Below are positions 38,170-51,234 of a DNA stretch of 64,000 nucleotides, one piece after another; the first letter of the stretch is position 1; the number at the start of each line of letters is the position of its first letter. Position numbers and translations under genes: made by a program. The stretch spans positions 372,001 to 436,000 of the forward strand of contig JANJGN010000210.1 in the NCBI GenBank assembly GCA_026770705.1. The letters run 5' to 3'. The DNA is from Isurus oxyrinchus. Taxonomy: Eukaryota. The notes under the pieces were generated by a model. The model was not told the origin of the DNA. It saw nothing but the letters and a program-made list of their open reading frames with translations, and did not search any database.

Positions 38170-38772
38170 AGTTTTTCTACAGGATGGACACGGAGCTGTG
38201 TATCCGTGGGTCTCAGAGCGCAGTCATGCACGGCAACCTCTGGCAGCTCCACCCAGAAACTCTCAGCTGAAGCTTGCTCTCTGTGCTCAGTTCCTCTATA
38301 AGCCCCGTCTTGGTGAAGTCGGCTGATAAGGTGATATGTTGGCCAATTAGCAACAGGTTGACCGGAGCCGACCGGGAGACTGCCAACACCAGAAAAGGCA
38401 ATGAGCAATAACTGCTGGTTTAAAACGACAAGCCATCATCACCATTTCTCTTTCCCACATTGTCCTGTCCGAACATTGTTTACAAACAGAACTGCCGCTG
38501 GAACTGTTGTCTGGAAGAAAAACTGAACATTTAGAAACATTCGTCCCTTAACCGAACCTAATATTTATTTTTCTCTCGGATCCCACATGTGCATACACAG
38601 CAGACAACGCTAAAACCAGGCTGAAATAAACAGGGAAACACATCAGTGTTCGCGGGTCGCAACGTGAGGACCGACCCCTTCTCTGCTGTGGCAAAAACCT
38701 CCACTAGCTCAGGAGCAAAATGAACTATTTCACCCTAAGACACACATAGGAATGGAGCCGTCTCTGCCCCAT
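38170..38772 (-). pseudogene. TCR V pseudogene (inverted) with leader-like exon and degenerate 23-RSS
   Basis: Leader-like MGQRRLHSYVCLR 38772-38734; acceptor ttcttccag, exon 38510-38209 reads DNSSSGSSV..MMACRF..CLFWCWQSPG/SAPVNLLL...EVAVHDCALRP with frameshifts; cacggat + 23 + agaaaaact. Confidence 0.75.
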
Positions 38773-40219
38773 ATCATATCCTCTTAGGATAATATCACAC
38801 CATCAGTGATAAGTGGGAACTGGGTCTGGCCTCTGTGAGTTCACTTGGCCGGCATTCCCGCCGCCGGGACAGACGCACGCGCATTTATTCCTCGCGTCTT
38901 TACAGTTGTATCAGTGAAGTTTAAAAACTCCCCGAGGTGTCGCTGTAAAAGACCCAGAGAATTATAATTGTGGCAGGGCGTGTGAGTTTTAAAAATGTTA
39001 ACAGGGGCCGTGACAGTGAGTTTTAGTGGGTTTAGGATTAAAGTCAATTTGCACAGAGTCCGTTATTTTGGAATATGAATAAAGTCTTAATTCTCGGACT
39101 TCTGCTTCCCTACGGAAAGGTTACTTGTGGCGCTGCCATGTAAGCTGAAAAGAAGCTTTGTGGTTGGAGCTCTGACAAAGTCTGGCTCACTCGATTAATG
39201 TGTAATAGAACTTTAAATCTCGATCCCCAACTTTGAGGGTAATGTTTTTTGTTTTAATCATGTTTTATTTTTGTCTAAAACATTGAAGGAAAATATATTA
39301 ATAGAATGCACAGTTACTAAGGGAACAGACATTCAAGTTCATCCACGCTATGCCGAAGAGAGAATTATGGAGAAATTAAAGCATTAGTCCTCTGATGTTC
39401 ACTTTCTTCATAACCATGTCTTGCTTTGAAGCTGAATGATGACGGGAATGGACACTGGGGGTTGTTTGAATCAGCGGCGTAAACCAGAGTTCGACACAAG
39501 ATACTCTGAAAGGATATGAGCTTGTGAATGCATTTAAAACACAACCGGCAATTTATTAAAATTGAACTGTTGAAGTAGAAGTTGGGAGATAGATTGAAAG
39601 TACAGCAGCTCACTTTAGGACTGGCAACACGAAATTCTTCAAAGACATACATGCCGATACATACGCACTCACGCAGGCGCACACAGGCACCACCACCCCA
39701 CACACGCACACAGACACACGGACGCACGCAAACACAAACACACACACACACAGACAGACGCGCATACGCACGCACACACCGACACACAGAAACACACAGA
39801 CACACACAGATACAAACATACATTGATCAATGAAGCGGAGGAAAATAGATTGTGCTCCTTTATGGAATTGTTGCAAGTTACTATTGCGCGTGGGAGTTAG
39901 GATCTTGCCTAATAAATGAACAAAGACGGGCGGAAAGGCAGCGCTTATCCTTAATGATCATGTGAACTAGAAAAAGACGGCATGGTATCTTTGCACCTCG
40001 GAGTTACATGAAGTCTACACGAGTGTTCACTTTGCTGGTTTCCGTGTGTGAGGAACTGCAGACGGGAGAATGTCGTTCAGTTAAATTTTTGAATAAAACT
40101 AATTAAAGAAACGGATTCGGAAGTAAAGGCATTATTTAAAAATGGAAGTTGTGTTTAGTTTATATTGTCAATTATTAAAGTATTATCAATGAGATGTTGG
40201 AAATATTTTCCATGAGAGT

Positions 40220-40700
40220 TTCAACCAGTATCTACTTCCAACTATCATAGAAACGTGCAGCAGGAGCGAAGGCAGCTGGTAGTTAGCCATCCAGCCTAAA
40301 CTTATTTCTCAGGGTTTGATCAGTCGCCTTATATGTTAAGACACGAAGGTGCATATGCTTTTTGTTAAATATTATGAAAGCTTCTACCTCTGGCATCTGT
40401 TCTCCTGTGAGTTACAGAAGTCCGCCGCCCTCTGGTTGAGAAAAAATCTCATTTTCCCTTTTATACCTCCCACTTCTTAATCTAAATCTATTCTCCCTTA
40501 GTTCTGGACCACTCAACAGAAGAGATTAGATCATCGTATGCACTCTTTTCAAAGCTCTCGTTATTTGATAAGCTTCCTTTAGGTCTCCCTCAACCTCCCC
40601 TTTTCCAACGAAAAGAACACAAGACTGCCCAATATTTCCTCATAGCTATTACTCTACAGTCCATAAATATCCCCTGTATCCTCTCTCGTGCAATCACATT
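40220..40700 (-). mobile_element. Old CR1 3' fragment
   Basis: CR1 3'-end-like sequence in reverse (ccctctggttgagaaaaaatctc; aggtctccctcaacctccc). Confidence 0.55.
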
Positions 40701-41529
40701 AATACTTTTTATAAAGTATCCCATTCTGTTCAAACTTATTATTCAATCCTAATTTCAGTCATATGAATGAAGTATCGCATTGTTGTGTTCAAACTCCTTG
40801 GGGGTCATTGTCTTCCTGTATCCCCTGTGTATAGGTTGTGAGTAGTTCTAATGGGAAGTGAGAAAGCCATTCAATGTAAGCAGCCAGCACTGATGCTGAA
40901 GCAACATTAACAATTTCCCTTCACTGTCCCAGCTCTCCAGTTTAGAGAATTTAGATTCTCTTGTAGCTGAAAAAAACAATGGCATTGAGTTGCTGCCCAA
41001 GCGTCCTGCGATCTGTTTCTTCCAGGGACTTGCATTCATCAGTTAAAGACTGGGAGTTCACACTGGCGGAATGACGGCGCTGAGCTGACTATGTTCAGAA
41101 TGAGAAGTGAGAAAGAACAAAAGCACAACATGTGACTCAGGGACGAGCAGATTCAGCCTCCAAAATGGTCCTTACTAATTTTTTTAACTGGCTGAGAAAG
41201 TCTCCCAACACATTGTTGGGTGACAGAATGAATCAAATTCTAGAATAGTTTGCATCGAGTATCTTTCTCATTCATACCCAAATAATTCACAACTAAATGT
41301 GCATCGATAACCTCCACAGGATAACACAAATTGTTTGCTTATCTATTTATATGTTGTTACGTTTATGTATATTGTATGTTTGTCTGTGCGTGAGCGTGAA
41401 AATGCTTATTTCTGCCTCCCTGAGTGTATCACGAGGCTTGGTGAATTATGCTGCAAAGATTTGGATATACAAAAAATTTCAGCAAAACCCTGCAATTATT
41501 TCATGATCATATCACTGCAATAGTCTTGA

Positions 41530-42470
41530 GTGGGAGATAAAACAGACACCTTGGAAATCTGGAATTGGCTCAAGCAAAGCTGTGCGATAGCGCCCTCACT
41601 ATTTACAATCTGTCTGACAGTGTCTATTCACCTAAACAAAAATCAGCGGCCCTCTCGTGGCAGTGTTAAGCACCGCTTCTGTGGAAAACTGTAACTCAGT
41701 CACCTCCGCACCAAAATTAAATTGACCAGCAAATTATCAACAGTTTGAAGAGGACTGTGGTGTCATTGTGCACTGTGCGGTGAGCTTACAAACCACTCTT
41801 GATTTCTTCAATTCTGCAAACAAGAGATTCGCCCGCCCTTGAAATTTTCCAAAACAAAACTCAATTTTCAACTCACTTCTGGCCAGTCAAGTATTCTACC
41901 TGCCATAAATGTTGAAGGAGAGAATCCAGAAAAAGCAGCAGCCAGTTCTCTCAAAAGGCCACCACTGACGAGGAGATCCAACACCAGATCAACTGCACCA
42001 GCTTCACCTTCTGAAAACTACGACAGCGAGTGTTCACAAAAAAGACCTGCGCAAGTGAACAGAGGTCTGAATGTACAGAGCAGTTGCCATCAAGAGGCTC
42101 CCGTACCGCAGTGAGACTTGGGCTGGTTATCAGTGAAACCTAACAGCTCGAGAGGATTTCCATCAGCAATGACTCGCCACGCCATTTGGTTTCATGGTAG
42201 AACCATTGAACAAACAGTTGTGTCCCACTTGAAGTCAGCTCCATAAGCATTCACGAAAGACTTGTGCAAAATCAATTACAGTGGTCTGGAGACTGTGTCA
42301 GGATGGCCTAAAAGCGTCTCCCCCACCAGGTTCCTTTCTCTCAACTTTCCAATGGCCAACGCCTCAGAGCAGGGCAGAGAAAGCATCCCAAGGACACCCT
42401 GAAGATCTCCTTGAAGTGCGGGGTAGATCTCGCACTGTACACCAGGGATGAGCAAACTTCCTTGCCCGAG
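41530..42470 (+). mobile_element. Decayed RTE-clade LINE fragment
   Basis: GLKQSCAIAPSLFTI resembles the RT motif GVKQGCVLAPTLF; tggtctggagactgtgtcaggatg resembles RTE W.GHV.RM. Confidence 0.6.
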
Positions 42471-42589
42471 GGCCACATCTGGGTATGGAAATCTTTTGTG
42501 GACCGTAAATGCTGCTGAACAATTAAAACAAATATTGATTTTGGTACAACTAAACATCATACATTTGCTATTAGATTTGTTAAACCATC

Positions 42590-42950
42590 ACAGAATTTAT
42601 AGAATTATTCAAAATCACAAGAGTCTGGATTGGTTATATTGGGAGAAAATCTCCCATTTGTGGAAGGATCAATAACCAAAGAAGATAGCTCTAAGATAAT
42701 TGGCAGAAGAAGCAATGGCAATATGAGGAAAAACTTTTCCACCCAGCGAATGATTAGGGTCTGGAATGCAGGTTGATCAGGACTTTCAAAAGGAACTGGG
42801 TCGTTATCTGTAAAAGGTAAAAAAAAGACACAGGTTACGGGGAAAAGACTGAGAATAGGATTGGGTGAATTTATCCTCCAGAGGGCCAGCAAAAGCACGA
42901 AGGGCCGAACGGTCTCCTTCTATGCTCTTCCGACTCTATGAGTCTATAAC
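42590..42950 (+). mobile_element. CR1 3' fragment
   Basis: atgaggaaaaacttttccacccagcgaatgattagggtctggaatgc; gactctatga tail. Confidence 0.75.
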
Positions 42951-43964
42951 GATGCATTGCAATATTTTAACCAAACATAACCGCTTCTCACACTCTCTTG
43001 ACTTAATGTGAACAGCATAGTTTGTCACCCCTCATTAATAAGACATCAACTTATGCTGTTAGACTTGTTCTGGAAATACACAATAAGCAATTGCGATGCT
43101 GGTGATTTAGCTGGGATCTGTAGTGCGATTTGCTGCATTTCAGCAAATAAAAGGTTTGTGTGCACACATCAGTGGAGCCTAACAAAACAGCGATTTCCTC
43201 TGCCACCTTGAAGATAATTGGAAGCTCAGGTTCTCTCAAGGATGCAGAAAACCTGTCAAGTTATTCTGGATTGTTGTTTTCCGTGAAAGTTTTATCTTTA
43301 TGGTGGAAAAGCTTCAGGTTGTCAGCCTTTCCTGTCACATTCTTCTGCCCTCCAGAAAGTTTGCAGTGTTATGCCAATAATGTGATTATAGAAAATTTAT
43401 GTCTTACTTTGTCCTTATGACAGGATGTTAAGGAAACTGGCCTACAGCCACAAAAGTTTAAACGAATCAAAGAACGAAGTCAGAAATTAAGGTAGAGAAG
43501 CCTTGTCAGTCAGCTATCTGCATGACAGCCAACACAGCTTCTGATGTTCTGATCAAATCAACTATTTTATCTGCAACCCATCTGAAAGGTGCATCTCCGG
43601 AACTGCAGTAATCCCTCAGTTCTGCACTGCAGAATTAGCCTGATTGACTGGGACTTGAAGCCAGAACCGCCTGACTTAGAGGCAACAGCGCCACCAAGTG
43701 AATCAGCGTTGTCGCAGGGCAAGTAGAATATAAGTTTGGGTAACTTGGATTATTCATGGTTAATTTTTTACCATTTAGGAAACAGCGGTGTTTAAACAGG
43801 AAATGGAGGAGGAGTTAGGTTTCTGAAGGGGAAGATGGTGAACCCCAGCCTGATACTGGGTTCCAGCCAGTTTAAAAAGTGAACGGTTCAGCTTGAAGTT
43901 AACAATCAGGAAGCAGTGTCAGGGAGTCTTTACAAGGCTGGAGAAACTTCTACCGAAAAAGTAA

Positions 43965-44013
43965 ATGATGGTGCTCTTCCTGTACCTCTGTTTGTTTCTA
44001 GTTAGCTTTACTT
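43965..44013 (+). CDS. Leader exon of IgH-like V
   Basis: MMVLFLYLCLFLVSFT, phase-1 donor gtgcgt; TATA-like tttaaaaa at ~43871. Confidence 0.85.
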
Positions 44014-44134
44014 GTGCGTGCTGATCATTTATTGATCGTAGAGTCATTAATATTTTAAATATTCTGGTTTACTTTGTTGCATTTTAAAATGTCTCTTTAT
44101 AACCGAGATTTGCTCCTTTATACTTTGCTCGTAG

Positions 44135-44434
44135 GTATCCGGGCCAGCATTGTGCTAACCCAACCGGATTCCATCTCCAAAAACATTGGTGACTCTCTCC
44201 AACTGTCTTGTGCGGTGAGTGGGTACGATATCAACCAACATCATATGCACTGGATTAGAGAGGTCGCCGGGGGAGGGTTGGAATCCATACTCGCTTATAG
44301 GAAAGGGTACAACACCTCTTACGCGCCTGGAGTTCAAAGTCGAATCACTTTTTCAACTGAATCTTCCACAACCTATGTTGAGTTGAATAATTTGAAAACC
44401 GAGGACACGGCCATCTATTACTGTGCGAAGCAGT
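44135..44434 (+). CDS. Immunoglobulin heavy-chain-type V segment (VH-delta/TAILV-like) inside the TCR locus
   Basis: Acceptor ctcgtag; open frame SIVLTQPDSISKNIGDSLQLSCAVSGYDINQHHMHWIREVAGGGLESIL...RITFSTESSTTYVELNNLKTEDTAIYYCAK; VH framework motifs CAVSG, WIR, GLE, EDTAIYYCAK. Confidence 0.92.
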
Positions 44435-44473
44435 CACGGTGAGAGAAACCAAGGCTGGACCCAGGAAAAAACA
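44435..44473 (+). other. 23-bp-spacer RSS of VH-like segment
   Basis: cacggtg + agagaaaccaaggctggacccag (23) + gaaaaaaca. Confidence 0.8.
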
Positions 44474-44806
44474 GAACGAGGGGGAATCTAAACGCTCCAG
44501 GCAGAACACCTCGTTCAGAAACAATGTTCATAATACAGTCTGAATCTGAACCTAGAGTTACCCCTTAACAAATGAATTGCAGCAAAACAATTGTGTGCTT
44601 TCTCATGTGTATTATGTATAGCAAAAATGTTTGGAGACCCAGGGGCTAACGTTTCAACAATATGCTATTGAAGGATTTTAGAAGGACTGGCGATACATTC
44701 CTATCAGTTGGAATGAATCTATCCTGAACACTTCTCATCGTTGACAGTAAAGCAAACGCTCGTGAAATGGAGTCTGAAAGTCAGGATTTGATCAAAAAGG
44801 GAATGC

Positions 44807-44881
44807 AGTATTTGTGCGGGCGTGTGTCACTGTGATACTATGGGGTGGGGTATCACATTACTAACTGTCAATACAAAAAAC
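44807..44881 (+). other. D segment atactatggggtggggtat (44835-44853) flanked by 12/12 RSS
   Basis: agtatttgt + 12 + cactgtg | D | cacatta + 12 + acaaaaaac. Confidence 0.9.
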
Positions 44882-45208
44882 CCGACAGAACTTATAGGCT
44901 CAGTCTGGATCACTGACTGCGAGTATGAGTTCGCTATACATGTGGTGAAGCAGTGTTGATATTGTAATCCAGAACTGAAACCCTCGCCGGGTTTAAGAGA
45001 GAGAGAGAGAGAACTGCTAGATAATTATTCAGGAATCAGTTGGTGATTGGAAGAAGCATTCAATTTGAGCAATCAAATGAGGAAAGACTGATGTATAAAC
45101 ATGAAAATTAATGAAATTGACCTTTGTAATGCTTTAGAAATCTATTGTTAGTTGTGCGATGTTACTTTCTAAAAGAATGGCCTCTTTCCTCAATTTTATG
45201 CAGGACCC

Positions 45209-45247
45209 ATTTATTGTGTGGCCCATTGCAGGGAATGTAACACAGTG
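45209..45247 (-). other. 23-bp-spacer RSS of JH-like segment
   Basis: atttattgt + gtggcccattgcagggaatgtaa (23) + cacagtg. Confidence 0.85.
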
Positions 45248-45301
45248 GTACTGATAGCCTTGACTACTGGGGACAAGGTACCAAAGTTACAGTGACGGCA
45301 G
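45248..45301 (+). CDS. IgH-type J segment
   Basis: TDSLDYWGQGTKVTVTA with phase-1 donor gtaaga; WGxG is the heavy-chain J motif. Confidence 0.93.
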
Positions 45302-45909
45302 GTAAGAAACATGCACTATCTTAATAATTAGGTTACATTCCTGTCTTTATCTTAAATTATGTTTTTTTTTAATTAATTATTTTGGCCATCCATTATAATT
45401 AGTGGGCTCTTTAAGTTTGAATGCAATGTTACTTGTGATTGTGCTCAAGATGCTGTTAGAATAGAGCGACTGTTCCAGAGTAGGTGCCGGTCTGGGGTCG
45501 AACCTCTGACTAAATTGTTGATGTTATACGGACAGAATCTGACAACAGTAAACAAATGAGTTCTGTGACAGTCTATGTCTCTGGCCCTTTTCATGATATA
45601 TTGATATTCTTTGAGATGATGTGATACCGTAGTATTGTGATAGAGTTGAACATTCGCGAATCTTCGCTGTGAAACACAGAACTATTTCAAATAGACCATT
45701 GCTAAGTCCGTCATTTGAAATACACTCCGAGAGCAGATCTGTTTTATGTCATGTTATTATATTTTACAATGTGGATAATTTACCGCGAGCATCTAGTGAG
45801 AAAAGAATATTAGAATCACAGATCATTTCAATGTGATTTTATTGAAGAAAGAAAAGCATTTGCAGGTTGTGCGTAACTCTTGGAACGATACACGATATAT
45901 TCATAAAAA

Positions 45910-46075
45910 AGCAAAATACTGTGGATGCTGGAAATCTGAACTAAAAACAGAAAATGCAGGAACAACTCAGCACGTTTGGCAGCATCTATGGAGAATGAAA
46001 CAAAGTTAACGTTTCGAGATCGTATGGCTCTTCTTCAGAGTTCTGACTCGAAACATTAACACTGTTTCTCACTCA
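45910..46075. repeat. Penelope-like short palindromic repeat with hammerhead-like core
   Basis: gatgctggaaatctgaa...ctcagcacgtttggcagcatc...gttaacgtttcgagatcgtatggctcttcttcag. Confidence 0.65.
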
Positions 46076-46744
46076 ATTTGTTAATATTGATTAAGTTTAT
46101 ATTGGAAGCCCTAAATTGAACAGAGTGATGGAGTGTAGTGTGATAGCCTCTAAAACACAAAAGTTATCAGACACAAACAGATGCAAATTTCACATTTGTT
46201 CATCTTATTAAAATACAGCAAACATTTACAAATTTCGGAGGTGATTTAGAGAACGATTTAAATTCGTTTTTCCTAATATGTGAAATACGCCCTGAGAATA
46301 GACGGAGTTCATGCTATATCATTTTGTTCAAAAACATGTAATGTTTATAAGGGTGCAAGCAGATAGTAAGACTGCTCATTTTAAATCAATGAAGTTGAGT
46401 TTACTTCAAATAAAATAACATTAACCAAATGTATTCATATATTGAGTGGACACTAAATATTTTAATATTGATAAAGTATCCTGTTAACCTAACTTGAATG
46501 CTAAAATCTCGCGAATTACCAGGCAGGAGCAGGATTGAAATTGATATTAACTAATACCTTTATAATACAGGATACATGAACGAATGGATATTATCTTGCA
46601 CGAATATTATCTGACAATAATTCGAACTTTTTATCGCATCAAACATAAACAACCTTCTACAATTTCATTGTAAACTGGCCAGGATTACCATGAGTGCAAA
46701 TTCTGAAGGGTTGCAGAGAATATTTAATGATATGATAGAGCCCT

Positions 46745-48900
46745 GGAATAATAGAGTCACTGTGGGCAGGAAGGCATTCGGGGCATCGAGTGCATGCTGG
46801 ACCTCTGTAGAACAAACCAGTTAGTCACACTCCAATGCTGTACCCTCATAGCCCTGGAAGTTTTTGACTTCCCTGTCGTGTCAATCTAATTTCCTTTCTC
46901 AAATCATTGATAGTCTCCACCTTTGCCACCATATTTGGCAACGAGTCATACAATGTGCTTCACAAAAGTCTCTTCCTCACACTGCCAGTACCTTTTTGTC
47001 AAAAACTTTACAACACGTGTCCCAAAACTCTTGAACTATTAATTAATGAAAACACCTTTTCTTTGCCTATTTCTGTGACACTTTTTATATTTTTGCGCAT
47101 TTTATCAAATCTCCCCTTACTCTCCTTTACTCCAAGGACAACCCAGCTTCTCCAATTTAACATTGTAGCTGAATTTCCTTAAGCCTAGAAGCATTCTGGT
47201 AAATCCCCTCTGCATCTTTTCAAGGACAGCCACAGCGTTCCTAAAGTGTGGTTACCAGAACTGGATGCAAAACTCAATTTTCTACCTCACCAGTGATTTA
47301 TTAAGGATAAGCATAATTTTCCTGATTTTGTACTCAATTCCTTTATTTATGACGCCCAAGATCCAAATACATTGCTAAATGATCTCTCAATATGCCCTGC
47401 CACATTCAAAGGTCGATGCATATGGACCTCAGGTCCCTCTCCCATCGTGCATTCTTTAGAACGGTACCTTTAAATCTATATTTCCCCTCCCAGGCTCTAC
47501 TGCGAAAATGCATCACCTCTCAATTCTGTGTTAAATTCCATCAGAACTTGCTAGCCCATCTAGTTTCTGTTGCAGCCGCTCGTATCACGCTCACTGTTTG
47601 TGACACCTCAAGACTTGGTATCATCCACATATTTTGAAACTTCATTCCGCATTCCAATGTCCAAGGCATAGAATCTCAATTTATTGCATTTGATCTGCTT
47701 TTTACTTGATCAATTTTGCTGGTATGCATTATGCACCCTCTATTTTGTTTAATCACATTTACTATCTCCCCCTCCATCCAAGGAGCAATGACTTTGGTTC
47801 TCCTACGTTTTGCTCTTATTGGAATGTAACAAGGTTGCACCGAAAATATCTTGTCCTTAAAATCATCCGTTGTTCCGTTGCTGCTTTTTCTCTCAGTCTT
47901 TGGTTCTATTTTAACTAAATCCCCTCACATTACATTAAATTTAGTCCTCTTGCAATTTAGAAGTTTTACTTTAGATTGTTACTTGCTGTTCTGTATTACT
48001 AGTCAGAACCATATGACACGATGATCACTTCTATTCATGTGTTTTCCACAGACATTTAGCCCATGTAATCCACGTTATTCCGCAACCCACACTCCAGTAA
48101 TTCCTCCTTCCTGGTTGGGCCGGAAGCAGACTGGATAAGGAATTCGCCCTGAACACATTTCCTAAATTCCTCCCACTCCTTATCCTTCCCTAAAACATTA
48201 TTTCAATCGACATTTGGGTAATCAGAAAGTCCCAAAATAACACAAGTATTTGCATCTCTGTGATTTCCCTACAGATTCGCTCTCCTTCTTTCTTTCTCTC
48301 TCACTCCTGCCTCTCTTTCACTCTTTCTCCCCACCACCCCACCCCCACACCCACCCCCCACCCCCACTCTCTCCCACTCATCCCTCTCTCTCTCTCTCTC
48401 TTTCGGACTCTCCATTTGGCCAATACAATACCCTTCACAGCGTGGTCAACCCTTTTCCACTTCTCAGCTCGAACCAAATTGATTCTTCTCTTGTCGCCTC
48501 AAGGACATCCACTCCTTCCAACACTGTAATGTCTTTCCCAGTCAACACCACAACCCCACCTCCTCTTCGCCCTCCCCTGTCTTCGTGCTTACCATTTCTA
48601 AGCCAGATTTCCCTCATAGTTACTACATCATTGTCCAAACGGATATTTGTGATTGCAACTCACCAACTTTATTCACCAGACTCTTTGCTCTCACATACCC
48701 ACATTTCAAACCTATCTTTGGATTGCCCGTCAACCATTTTAGTTCATTCTATCTGATAGGATGTTATTTCATTTTCTATTAATATCCAACACTCTACCTC
48801 AATTTATGTATTTTAGTAACCTGTTCTCCTAAGATATGCTGATGTCCACCCGCCCTCCACCCCCGCAAATTTAGTTCAAAACATCTCCAGCAACTCTAGT
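46745..48900 (-). mobile_element. Decayed CR1 LINE pieces (3' end and endonuclease region)
   Basis: Minus-strand DVVTMREIWL..GGGVVVL..ESIWFELR endonuclease-like peptide; CR1 3' UTR near 46750. Confidence 0.75.
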
Positions 48901-48909
48901 GAATGTTTT

Positions 48910-51070
48910 TCTTCGTTCTTTCATGTGGGCGGCGCTAGCTAGACCACCATTAATTGCCTATTCGTATTGGCCTTAAGAACCTGGTTATTAGTTGTCCCCT
49001 TGAACCGCTGCAGTCCATGTGGCCTAGATGCTCAAGCAGTGCTGTGAGAAAGACAGTTCCAAGGTTTTAACTTGGTGCCAGTGAAGGAATAGTGGTGTCG
49101 TACCAAGTCGGGATATGTGTGCCGTTTGCAGGGTAATTTGCAGGTGATGGTGTTCACATGCATTTGCTGCCCATGCCCTTCTAGGTGGCACAGGTCACTT
49201 GTTTGGAAGGTACTGTCGAATGAGCCTTAGTGAGTTGCTGCGGTGCATAATTTAGATGATATACGCTGCTGCCACCATGCATTAGTGGTAGAGCGAGTGA
49301 CTGCTAAAGGTAGTGGATAGAGGGCAGGGGTCGCAGTCAAGCGGGCTGCTTTTTCCTGGACGGTGTCGAGCTTCTTGAGTGTTTTATGGGCTGTGCTCGC
49401 CCAGGCGAGTGGACAGCATGCCATCACACTCCTGACTTATGTCTTGTAGATGGTGGACAGGATTTGGACAGTCAGGTAGTAAGTACTTCGCTACCGAATT
49501 CCCAGCCTCTGAACTGCCTTTGTCGCCAAAGCACTGCTATGCATTGTCCACTTCTGTTTTGGGGAAATGGCTATCCCAAAGATGTTGATAGTGGAGGATT
49601 CAGCGGTGGTAATGCCATTGAATGTCAAGGGGAGATGGTTGGATAAGCTTTTGTTGGATATGTTCGTTGCTTGGCAATGGTGTGGCGAGAATGGTATTTG
49701 TCACTTATAAGCTCAAGCCAGAATGTTGTTCTTGTCTTGCTGCAGTATTTGGACACGTACGGCTGCAGTGTCTGAGGAGTCACGGGTTGTGTTGAACATT
49801 GTGCAATCATCAGCAAACATCCCCACTTTATAATGGAGGGCGGCTCATTGCTGATGCAGCTGAAGATAGTTTGGCCTAGGCCACTACCCCGAGGAACTCC
49901 TGCAGTGATGTCCTGGAACTGAGATGGTTGACCTTCAAAAGCAATCATCTTCATTTGTGCTAGGCATAGCTCCAGTCAGTGGAAAGTTTTCTCCTGATTC
50001 CCATTGACTCCACTTTTGCTAGGGCTCCCTGATGACCTAATCAGTCAAAAGCTGCCTTGTCGTCAAGAGCAGTCATTCTCACTTCACATCTTCCTTTCTG
50101 CTATTTTGTCCTTGTTTGAACTAAAGCTGTAGTAAGGCCAGGAGCTGAGTGGCCATGAAGGACCTCAAACTGAGCGCCAGTGAACAGGTTATTGCTGAGT
50201 TACTGACGCTTGATAGCACTATCAATGACACTTTCCAACGGTCTGCTAATGATCGAGAGCAGACTGATGGTTCAGTAATTGACCTGGTTGGATTTGTCCT
50301 GCTTTTTCCGCACAAGACACACTGGGAAATGTTCCACATTGCCGGATAGATGCCACTGTTGTAACTGTGCTGGAACGGCTCGGCTAGCAGTGTGTCTCAT
50401 CCTGGAGCACTGCTTTTGCAGTATCTAGTGCCTTCAGCCGTTTCTTGATATCACGTGGTTTGAATCGATTTGGCTGAAGACTGGCATCTGTGATGCTGGA
50501 TACCTCAGGACGCGGCTGAGATGGATTACCCATTCGGCACTTCTGGTGTAAGGTTGTTGTAAATGCTTCAGCCTTGCATTTTGCACTGATGTGCTGGGCT
50601 GCTCCATCATTGAGGATGGGGATATTTGTGGAGCCTCCTCCCCATATTCATTGTTGAATTGTCTATGGCCAGTCACGGCTAGAAGTAGCAGGATTGAACA
50701 GCTCAGATCTGATCCATTGGTTGTGGGATTGCTTAGCTTTGTCTATAGCATACTGATTCCACTCATTGACACACAATTAGTCCTATGTTGTAGCTTCACC
50801 AGGGTGACGCCTTACTTTTAGGTATGCCTGGTGCTACTCTTGGATTGCCCTCCTGCACTCTCCATTGAACGAGGGTTCATGCCCCGGTTTGAAGGTAATG
50901 GTGGAGTAGGAGATATACGAGGCCATGAGGTTACAAATTGTGATTGTGTACATTTGTGCTGTTTCTGATGGTCCAGTGCCTCAAGGTTGCACTGTCTTGA
51001 GTTGCCTGATCTGTTTGAAATCTATCTCAATTAAAGCGGTGGTAGTGGCACAAAACACGGTGGAGGTGTC
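48910..51070 (-). mobile_element. CR1/L2-group LINE ORF2 fragment
   Basis: QDITAGVPRGSGLGQTIFSC, LKKLDTVQEKAARL motifs; same family as 63050-63740. Confidence 0.8.
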
Positions 51071-51234
51071 TTCAATGTGAACACGTGTGCATTACGTTAA
51101 AACGTGAATTAATTGAGAAAACATTTCCCTTGGAAGGTGTCCGAGTTTATAACCTGTGACTCCAGACTTTAATGCATTAACTTTCTGTTATTTCCCTTGA
51201 TAGTTTTAGAGGTTATATTTTTGAAATTATTTCA

